A stretch of DNA of 64,000 bases from a virus: positions 5,624 through 69,623 of the IMG/VR virus record IMGVR_UViG_3300044470_000095, one strand, 5' to 3'. The notes beneath the pieces are model-generated. The model saw only the letters and a list, made by a program, of their open reading frames with translations, was not told where the DNA came from and ran no database searches. The position numbers and the translations under genes are program-made. This document shows, in pieces, positions 57,201 through 64,000 of this stretch (positions are counted from its first letter, which is position 1; every line of letters begins with the position of its first letter).

Positions 57201-57773
57201 TCAATTATCGAACCAAAAAACAATGCGGTGATTTTCACCATCGATACCATCAAATCCGATGATGATTTCCTTGATGCTTCCACCGATAACAAATTCAGCC
57301 GGGACATCTACGGAGAATTCGACGGCATCCTTTGAATTCGTCCATCCGCAGTCTGGATAAAGCAAATTCCAATCGGTGTCGCCATCGCTAGCAATGGATG
57401 CATGCAATGCTGCCAATCCCTCTTTGTCTTTCATGCCAGATACCGGGATAACCGCCGTAGGCAAAAATGTCTGCAAGTCGCGTAATTCATGCAAATACAG
57501 ATAGCTGTGGTTATGCCCATCGACATCCCACGAATCAGATTCGGATTTGATCGCATCGCATACATTGAATGGCAGGCCGCGAGGCAAAAAAGAAAAAGAA
57601 AACTTGCCTCTCACGCCTTTTGCCAGCAATGCAAACAGATCGTAATTTCGACCAGTAAATCGGTCTTGAAATGCGACCGTCAAACCTTCTTGATATGGAT
57701 CGCTCCAAATGTCAGCAGTTACCCATTTGCCGTCGATTTGTTTTTCTTTGTACAGGTGAATATCGCATCCCAT
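57201..57773 (-). CDS. Conserved phage protein (MGCDIH family)
   Basis: MGCDIH..RNYDLFA.LA..RGLP..DGHNHSYL..RIVFWFDN. Confidence 0.8.
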   Translation of the reverse strand: MGCDIHLYKEKQIDGKWVTADIWSDPYQEGLTVAFQDRFTGRNYDLFALLAKGVRGKFSFSFLPRGLPFNVCDAIKSESDSWDVDGHNHSYLYLHELRDLQTFLPTAVIPVSGMKDKEGLAALHASIASDGDTDWNLLYPDCGWTNSKDAVEFSVDVPAEFVIGGSIKEIIIGFDGIDGENHRIVFWFDN

Positions 57774-57777
57774 TTTA

Positions 57778-58020
57778 TTACTCCTTCGTTGGTTGTGGTT
57801 CATGCGCCTGACCTATCGGCCATAGCATGCGATTTGCGTCATCCAGTAATCCATCATGCCGGAGCCTGACTGCCTTCTCGTGCGCTTCCTGCCGCGCCGC
57901 CGCGACAGTCTCGGACTTGTGCGCAGCGATAACCTGCGCGTCGTCTTGATCCATCTTGCCGGCGATGCAGAGCAAGGCGAAGACGATTAGAGCGGACATT
58001 GCGTAGTCGAGAGGGTTCAT
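57778..58020 (-). CDS. Small membrane-anchored protein
   Basis: N-terminal TM segment; AGGAG RBS. Confidence 0.6.
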   Translation of the reverse strand: MNPLDYAMSALIVFALLCIAGKMDQDDAQVIAAHKSETVAAARQEAHEKAVRLRHDGLLDDANRMLWPIGQAHEPQPTKE

Positions 58021-58100
58021 GATTCACTCCTTGTAAATGCGGTAGTGGGTATATTCTTGCCAGTCTCCGTGGCTTCGGCGCATTGCTGTATTCGCGGAAA

Positions 58101-58865
58101 TCACGCCGCCACCTTTTCTTCCTTCGGCGACCACAATTCAACATGAGCATCGATAAATGAAAGTGCAGCGAGATATTCGATTCCGTGTTCGTTCATGCGG
58201 TGTGATTCAGCGAGCTTCAACTCGAATTGGTCGCGGGTTCCGAAAAAGCAACCGGCGCGAATGCGAACGCCCTTATCGGTAATGAATGCGAGTAAATAAT
58301 CGTTGCGCGAACCGATTGGGCCAAGTTGAATAAAAGGACGGTCGCCAACGAGTTTTAAATCGTGCAGGTCCGCGCCGCGCAGGTTCGCGCCGCGCAGGCC
58401 CGCGCCGCCCAGGCCCGCGCCGCCCAGGTCCGCGCCGCGCAGGTTCGCGCCGCCCAGGTTCGCGCCGTGCAGGTCCGCGCCGCGCAGGTCCGCGCCGCGC
58501 AGGTTCGCGCCGCGCAGGCCCGCGCCGCCCAGGTCCGCGCCGCGCAGGTCCGCGCCGCGCAGGTTCGCGCCGCGCAGGCCCGCGCCGCCCAGGTTCGCGC
58601 CGTGCAGGTCCGCGCCGCGCAGGTTCGCGCCGCCCAGGTTCGCGCCGCGCAGGTTCGCGCCGCCCAGGCCCGCGCCGTGCAGGTCCGCGCCGTGCAGGTC
58701 CGCGCCGCGCAGGTTCGCGCCGCCCAGGTTCGCGCCGTGCAGGTCCGCGCCGGCTTTCAATGCCATCAACAAAGTGATTTTCAGCGAGTTCTCTTCGGCC
58801 TCATGCGCAAAAAGTACCAGTTCATTGAATCTGTCTTTGATTTCGATTTTCAAAATTTTCTCCAT
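58101..58865 (-). CDS. Pentapeptide-repeat protein with a GCF-containing C-terminal cap
   Basis: 26 x GA(D/N/G)L(R/G/H); GPIGSR..AGCFFG. Confidence 0.9.
   Translation of the reverse strand: MEKILKIEIKDRFNELVLFAHEAEENSLKITLLMALKAGADLHGANLGGANLRGADLHGADLHGAGLGGANLRGANLGGANLRGADLHGANLGGAGLRGANLRGADLRGADLGGAGLRGANLRGADLRGADLHGANLGGANLRGADLGGAGLGGAGLRGANLRGADLHDLKLVGDRPFIQLGPIGSRNDYLLAFITDKGVRIRAGCFFGTRDQFELKLAESHRMNEHGIEYLAALSFIDAHVELWSPKEEKVAA
58363..58752. repeat. 15-bp coding tandem repeat, 26 units
   Basis: Coding-strand consensus GGCGCG-RRC-CTG-SRC. Confidence 0.95.
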
Positions 58866-58883
58866 TTATTAAATTAATCACCA

Positions 58884-59022
58884 GATATCTTTCGTTCTCA
58901 TTTCGATTCTCCCGGTGGTTTGTGCTGCCGATGTGAGACAGTATTATTCATTACGGAGGCCGCGTCAACTTCTTTTTGCAAATATATTAAAAATACTTGA
59001 CATGCTTGCGACGCACATATAG
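58884..59022. repeat. Direct repeat A copy 1 (139 bp, divergent promoter region)
   Basis: Matches 63770-63908 with one mismatch; contains rightward TTGACA-N17-TAGGAT and a leftward TTGACG promoter. Confidence 0.95.
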
Positions 59023-59047
59023 GATGTAATGAAACGGAGGAAATACC

Positions 59048-59230
59048 ATGACCATGCAAGAATTAATCGACTTTTACGGCAGTGAAATTAAAGTGGCTGC
59101 TGCCATTGGCATGTCGCATCAAACGATAAAAAATTGGGCGCATAGCCAGGCGATACCCAGAACGGCACAGTTAGCGATTCAGACTATCTCGAAAGGCAAG
59201 CTCAAAGCCGACGAGGAATGCTTTAAATGA
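59048..59230 (+). CDS. Second Cro-like HTH protein
   Basis: ELIDFYGS..VAAAIGMSHQTIKNW..IP...IQTISKGKLKAD. Confidence 0.85.
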   Translation: MTMQELIDFYGSEIKVAAAIGMSHQTIKNWAHSQAIPRTAQLAIQTISKGKLKADEECFK

Positions 59231-59292
59231 CCTGCATGCACTGTCAAAACCCGCAAGGGAAAATTTAGGCATTTATCCCCTCATGACAAGTA

Positions 59293-60393
59293 ATGATGGA
59301 GGAGCAAGAAATGTTAAATAATACGATTGAACTGCCGCGTATATCAAATAATCGCGGAACAAAATATACTTTCATCGGTTATCCGTACAACCTTTTGAAA
59401 GCCTGCCAAATGCCGCGCATACACGATGTTTTCCTTGATTGTGTTGTTTATCTATATAGAACAAAAGATGATGCAGAGGATGGCGAGAGGGCCGGTGGAA
59501 GTGGATTTGTGGTCGCAATTCCGTTCAAGTCTGATATAAAAAGTGGTATGGGGGTGCATTTTGTGGTCACCAATAGACACGTTATAAAAGAAGCTCCCGT
59601 TGTTAGATTAAATACTAAAGACGGTAATGTGTCAGTTATAGACCTAAAAGAAGAACAGTGGATAGCGCATCCAGATGGTGATGATATAGCAGTTTGTGCT
59701 ATTAATTTAGATAGGGGTACACATAAATTTGCGGCGGTATCGCCATCAAATTTCATCACAAAAGAACTAATTGATAAGGAGGATATCGGGATTGGAGACG
59801 ATATATTTGTCGTTGGAAGATTTATCAATCACGAAGGAATTCAGAAAAATTCTCCTAGCGTAAGATTTGGAAGCATTGCGCAAATGCCTGGGGATAAAAT
59901 AAGGCAGAACACAGGATTTGAGCAAGAAAGTTTTCTTATCGAAGCGAAGTCAATTGGAGGATATAGCGGAGCGCCAGTTTTCCTTCATATTTTACCTTTT
60001 TCCTCTCGACCAGAAAAATATGAGCCAAGCAAATTAAAAGTTTCCAGTTTTAGAGGGCCTTGGTTATTGGGCATTGATTGGGGTCACTTAACAAGCATAG
60101 ATGAAGTTGTTGATTTTTCTGGGGATAGAATTGGCGCGCACGGAAATTTTGTTAAATCAAATACCGGAATGATGTGCGTAGTGCCAGCATGGAAATTATC
60201 TGAGTTATTTGAATCAGTGGAAGTGACAGAATTCATGGATAACGTAGAGCAAAAATGGATAAAAGATAAAGCGTGGGCACCGGGACAAACTGATTCTAAA
60301 AATCATTCTATAGATCTATCGCCTTTGGAAAACCCGGATCATCGAGAAGACTTTAACAATCTTCTCGACGCGGCAGTCAAAGGGAAGCAATAA
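59293..60393 (+). CDS. Trypsin-like serine protease (IS passenger)
   Basis: GSGF, VTNRHV (His), DDIAV (Asp), GGYSGAPVF (Ser); AT-rich. Confidence 0.85.
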   Translation: MMEEQEMLNNTIELPRISNNRGTKYTFIGYPYNLLKACQMPRIHDVFLDCVVYLYRTKDDAEDGERAGGSGFVVAIPFKSDIKSGMGVHFVVTNRHVIKEAPVVRLNTKDGNVSVIDLKEEQWIAHPDGDDIAVCAINLDRGTHKFAAVSPSNFITKELIDKEDIGIGDDIFVVGRFINHEGIQKNSPSVRFGSIAQMPGDKIRQNTGFEQESFLIEAKSIGGYSGAPVFLHILPFSSRPEKYEPSKLKVSSFRGPWLLGIDWGHLTSIDEVVDFSGDRIGAHGNFVKSNTGMMCVVPAWKLSELFESVEVTEFMDNVEQKWIKDKAWAPGQTDSKNHSIDLSPLENPDHREDFNNLLDAAVKGKQ

Positions 60394-61264
60394 GCTGCTT
60401 GAACATTCCGGCAGGATCATGGCGGTTGTTATAGCGAAAGCTGAATTCGTTGACGTACTTTTGAAGATGTTGTGGAGATACGTGAATGTGAGTGCTGGTG
60501 ATGCCGCATTTCAAGTGCTTCCAGAAACCCTCTGTACCGTTGATGTGGTGGATGCCATTTACGTATTGTTCGATGCCGTGCTGAACGGTTCCGTGTTTGT
60601 AGCCAAGGCGCGGAAGCTGTTTATAGCTGACCATTTCATCGGTGCTGATCGTAGCCCCTTTGGTAACGGTGGCTTGAATGATTGGCTCTAGGGTTTTGCG
60701 TGTTGTGTCGGTAACGACTTGGCAATTGATGTTTCCGTTGCGTTCAAGCGCACCGAATACAATAGACTTGGTTTTTGCGGAGCCAGCACCTTGAGTGCCT
60801 TTTGTGCGTTTGTTGGCGTGCTTATTCTTCTCTTTGCCGCCGACATAAGTTTCATCAAGTTCAACATGGCCGGACATTGGGGGATTGGTATCGTTCTTTC
60901 CGCCCATGAGTTTGCGAAGTTCATGGCCGATACGCCATGCAGTTTTATAGGTTACGCCAAGTTGCCGTTCAAGTTCTTTTGCAGATACGCCATTGCGAGT
61001 TGCAGTCATGAGGTACATAGCATGAAACCACAGAGTCAAAGCAGTTGTGGACTTCTCAAATGGGGTTCCAGCGCACGGATAGGCATGATGTCCGCACCAT
61101 TGGCAAGCGTAGGCGCGACGGCCTGTAATGCGGTGGAATTTTGTATCGACTACACCACAGCCTGGGCAAGTCGGCTTATTGCCAAACTTACGCGCCATGA
61201 TCGCGTCAAGGCAAGCATCGTCCGTTGGGTATTCGGTTTGGAACTGTTTGAACGTGTATTTCAT
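60377..61264 (-). CDS. tnp: IS1595-family DDE transposase
   Basis: Zn ribbon CPGC/CQWC, HTH, VELDETYVGG, STDE, HINGTEGFW, YVNEFSFRYN. Confidence 0.95.
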   Translation of the reverse strand: MKYTFKQFQTEYPTDDACLDAIMARKFGNKPTCPGCGVVDTKFHRITGRRAYACQWCGHHAYPCAGTPFEKSTTALTLWFHAMYLMTATRNGVSAKELERQLGVTYKTAWRIGHELRKLMGGKNDTNPPMSGHVELDETYVGGKEKNKHANKRTKGTQGAGSAKTKSIVFGALERNGNINCQVVTDTTRKTLEPIIQATVTKGATISTDEMVSYKQLPRLGYKHGTVQHGIEQYVNGIHHINGTEGFWKHLKCGITSTHIHVSPQHLQKYVNEFSFRYNNRHDPAGMFKQLIASL

Positions 61265-61449
61265 GATTTATCCCCTCTACTTGCTTTGAAGTATAGGGGA
61301 TAGACTACTTGCTGTCAAGGGATAAATGCCAAAATTTATCGATATCGGCTGCCGATTGACCAGGCTGGAATTTGTGAATCTTGCGTGCAGAAAAAGGCGC
61401 GTGAACTCGATGAATATTTGAGTGAGCGCGGTGCTGACTGGGAGATGAA

Positions 61450-61638
61450 ATGAACGAATCCGATTATATTTTCAGTGCTGCTGACGGCGATTTTGCTGCG
61501 ATGTTACATGCGCAGATAACCGAACAAAACCGCCTACGCGCCGCGTCTGTAGTTTCCGAGTTCAAGCTCCTGCCGCCAAAGTTGCAAACCGAAACGCTGG
61601 CATATCTCAATCAATTCTGTCTGCGGGAGAAATCATGA
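61450..61638 (+). CDS. Hypothetical protein
   Basis: ATGA-coupled. Confidence 0.55.
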   Translation: MNESDYIFSAADGDFAAMLHAQITEQNRLRAASVVSEFKLLPPKLQTETLAYLNQFCLREKS

Positions 61639-62030
61639 TCTCAATCACTCAATCCGCAATAGACGACATCTGCCAAAACTATCAGCATGGCGTACACGGC
61701 CATACGCTCAAGCACTTTGCGCGCAAGTACAAAATGGCGACAGGAGCCGTCCGAAAAATATTGGCTGGGCATACAGTAGCGCATGAGCGCAATATCAAGA
61801 AACATAAACCCCATGCGCCAGACACGACGCTGCAAATTATCGCCGACAATTCCGCCGTATTTGTCAAAACTCCAAGGCAATTTCGTATGCATTCAATCCT
61901 CCTATTTTTCAGTTTTCGTGCTTCTCATCAATCTAGCCAATTGATACGCCGAATTTCGCGCCAAGATGCCGAGCCAGTTTTCTTGCAGGAAAATTACGTG
62001 GTTTCATTTCTCTCTCCGTTAGTTAATTAA
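61635..62030 (+). CDS. HTH-like N-terminus with a probably spurious or chimeric C-terminus
   Basis: TLKHFARKYKMATGAVRKIL. Confidence 0.45.
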   Translation: MISITQSAIDDICQNYQHGVHGHTLKHFARKYKMATGAVRKILAGHTVAHERNIKKHKPHAPDTTLQIIADNSAVFVKTPRQFRMHSILLFFSFRASHQSSQLIRRISRQDAEPVFLQENYVVSFLSPLVN

Positions 62031-62211
62031 TCCCAACTCCAAACGCGCCTTCAACCACTGTTGAAAAGACATGCTCTTGTACGTCTTGCGCATCACATAT
62101 AGATGATATAGGTTTTTCGATTGCGGGTACATTTTTGTCTCCTTCTGGTTTCTTAAACCATTCTTGCCAATCGCCGTGGCATCGGCGCATTACTGTGTTT
62201 GCGGAAATCAT
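62023..62211 (-). CDS. Small hypothetical protein
   Basis: Coupled to the hexapeptide gene; partly duplicated at the window end. Confidence 0.45.
   Translation of the reverse strand: MISANTVMRRCHGDWQEWFKKPEGDKNVPAIEKPISSICDAQDVQEHVFSTVVEGAFGVGIN
62094..62194. repeat. Direct repeat B copy 1
   Basis: Identical to 63900-64000. Confidence 0.95.
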
Positions 62212-62945
62212 GGTTCGATTTGATCCGGCATGTCAAACCAAAATGCAATCAGATTGCATATTCCGAGGTAATGTTTACCAATTTTTGATGATCCATGTTT
62301 TTGATGAACGGCATCGCGGAATCTCAGAAGATCTCCTTGAAAACACCCGCGAGCTAATTCGATACCTGTTTTTGTTCGATACGCCGTCAATGTGCCGTTT
62401 TCACTTCCGACGCCTTGATAACATTGAATATCAAGCGATTTTTTGATTTCCGCAAAGCCGCACACAGTGGCATAGCCGCACACAGTGGCATAGCCGCACA
62501 CAGTGGCAGAGTCGCGCACAATGGCAGAGTCGCGCACAATGGCAGAGCCGCACACAATGGCAGAGCCGCACACAGTGGCATAGTCGCACACAGTGGCAGA
62601 GTCGCACACAATGGCAGAGCCGCGCACAATGGCAGAGCCGCGCACAATGGCAGAGCCGCACACAATGGCATAGTCGCGCACAATGGCAGAGCCGCGCACA
62701 GTGGCAGAGTCGCGCACAATGGCAGAGCCGCGCACAATGGCAGAGCCGCGCACCCAGCATGTCCCAGTAGCCGAAAGATTTTTTTCGCTTTCAATATATC
62801 CACCAAGATCACCTGCTGCGACATATAAGCCAACCGCAACAAGAGCGCGAATGCGATACAGCTTTCTTCCAAGGAATTCCTTGGTGTCGTTTTCCAGTAA
62901 TTCATATTTTGCGTTTGCCAATTTATTCTCCTTGTTTAATTTCAA
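62208..62945 (-). CDS. Hexapeptide-repeat (left-handed beta-helix) phage protein with a GCF cap
   Basis: KYEL..LYRIRAL..GDLGGYIESEKNLS; ~17 x (G/D)(S/Y)A(I/T)V(R/C); GVGSE..RGCFQG. Confidence 0.9.
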   Translation of the reverse strand: MKLNKENKLANAKYELLENDTKEFLGRKLYRIRALVAVGLYVAAGDLGGYIESEKNLSATGTCWVRGSAIVRGSAIVRDSATVRGSAIVRDYAIVCGSAIVRGSAIVRGSAIVCDSATVCDYATVCGSAIVCGSAIVRDSAIVRDSATVCGYATVCGYATVCGFAEIKKSLDIQCYQGVGSENGTLTAYRTKTGIELARGCFQGDLLRFRDAVHQKHGSSKIGKHYLGICNLIAFWFDMPDQIEP

Positions 62946-63166
62946 CGATCCCGAAAATACTCAGCCTTCGCCCGCTTCTTCGCCTGATAGCAATCCTCAT
63001 CCCACGAAATATGGTCAATATCGACGGGGCAATCTGGCCTTGAAACATATCCATAAACTAGCGCGGAACCTTGCGAGCGGTAATGCTCAAGCAACGAATC
63101 CGCAGGGTTCGCGGTCGCGCTAGATACGCATTGCGAGCTGGCTACTATCTGCGGGGCGTTGTTCAT
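62942..63166 (-). CDS. Small hypothetical protein
   Basis: ORF overlapping the next start codon. Confidence 0.4.
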   Translation of the reverse strand: MNNAPQIVASSQCVSSATANPADSLLEHYRSQGSALVYGYVSRPDCPVDIDHISWDEDCYQAKKRAKAEYFRDR

Positions 63167-63242
63167 GCAAGTCCGCATCGCCGCCGATGGTGCAGCCGGT
63201 CGGCAGCGGGTGCGTTATCGATAATCATTTGTGCAATTGTTT

Positions 63243-63766
63243 TCATTTTTCACTCTCCAAGATTGCGGCGATGATGGCGTCAGAAATTACCTTGCCGCCG
63301 TAGCTAGATGGCTCAATTGACGAGGCTTCAGAATAACAGCGAGACTCTTTGCAGATCACGCGCAAGTCTATGACTGGCAAAGAGCTTCCAGATGCAACGA
63401 ATAAAATTCGCTCATTCAGAATTGCAAGCGCGGTTTTCAATTCGTCGGATAGGCCTGGTACGGCGTCATAAATCGTGCAGACATAAACTTTAGGAGAAGC
63501 CGCCGCCGCAAACGAAAGTGCATGCCGATAGTTCTGCTCAAAGATTTCACGCATACTGTTTAGCGTCCGCAGCGCATTGCCAACTGTTTTTGCATCGAAA
63601 TGTACAATTCCAGAATATCCAAGCGCATCATTGCCTCCGATACTCAAAATCAAATGCGAGCATCCGGCGCTTTATTGCGCAGATGATCGATAACCGCTTC
63701 GCCTTTTGGTACATAGCGCCCATTGTCGAAAATGGAGTCGCCTACCAATTTTATTTGAATCGACAT
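63243..63766 (-). pseudogene. SGNH/GDSL hydrolase with a frameshifting internal deletion
   Basis: LVGDSIFDN (block I) and SIGGNDAL...IEPS..GG are in different frames, joined at CCGGATGC ~63660-63667. Confidence 0.8.
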
Positions 63767-63769
63767 AAT

Positions 63770-64000
63770 GATATCTTCCGTTCTCATTTCGATTCTCCCG
63801 GTGGTTTGTGCTGCCGATGTGAGACAGTATTATTCATTACGGAGGCCGCGTCAACTTCTTTTTGCAAATATATTAAAAATACTTGACATGCTTGCGACGC
63901 ACATATAGATGATATAGGTTTTTCGATTGCGGGTACATTTTTGTCTCCTTCTGGTTTCTTAAACCATTCTTGCCAATCGCCGTGGCATCGGCGCATTACT
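63770..64000. repeat. Repeat A copy 2 fused to repeat B copy 2
   Basis: A (63770-63908) and B (63900-64000) overlap at CACATATAG. Confidence 0.95.

Larger units (their letters stand above)
59268..61330 (-). mobile_element. IS1595-family transporter IS with a passenger gene
   Basis: Imperfect 25-bp TIRs GGCATTTATCCC..CAAGTA; 8-bp TSD AAAATTTA at 59260-59267 and 61331-61338. Confidence 0.92.
59227..61453 (+). pseudogene. Zinc-finger gene (51 aa) interrupted by the IS1595 element
   Basis: Removing the IS and one TSD restores MTCMHCQNPQGKIYRYRLPIDQAGICESC...EMK*. Confidence 0.8.

Noticed and set aside
58363-58752. Regular short repeats as a possible CRISPR array (also ~62450-62752)
   Set aside because: Units are contiguous 15- or 18-bp codon-phase repeats with no unique spacers, inside ORFs; no cas genes
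59014-62102. CACATATAG pair as the TSD or att core of an integrated element
   Set aside because: No integrase or terminal repeats at these ends, and the IS has its own TSD; the wider 15/18 match fits homeologous recombination better
58884-64000. Repeat pairs as a DGR template/variable repeat
   Set aside because: No reverse transcriptase in the window; the copies are near-identical without multiple adenine-specific mismatches, and A is a promoter region

Overview
Most of a lambdoid-organised, contractile-tailed phage or prophage genome; the host is probably a Betaproteobacterium (inference). Order: the start of the early-left (pL) transcript, holding a ~600-nt structured RNA cluster with a type I hammerhead ribozyme (65-650); an immunity region with cI/cro, matched ATAGC-N3-GCTAT operators and a frameshifted cII; a replication/nin region (SNF2-methylase fusion, DUF1376 initiator, RusA, Q); a late promoter and tRNAs; an intact-looking Bcep781/Aaphi23-style head, tail and baseplate module; a lysis cassette with a GH73 endolysin and a lipase; a leftward recombination arm (YqaJ, Bet); and a rearranged right end. 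The right end has a second cro-type control region, an IS1595 element carrying a trypsin-like protease, two beta-helix repeat genes and nested direct repeats. No integrase is in the window. Early genes show many deletions and chimeras, some at visible microhomologies, while structural genes look intact. Best leads: the ribozyme-headed ncRNA cluster, an ectopic fibre cassette whose proteins start with signal-peptide-like sequences, one beta-domain inserted into four virion proteins, and a microhomology-joined duplication at the right end. Family names come from motif recognition only; no searches were run.
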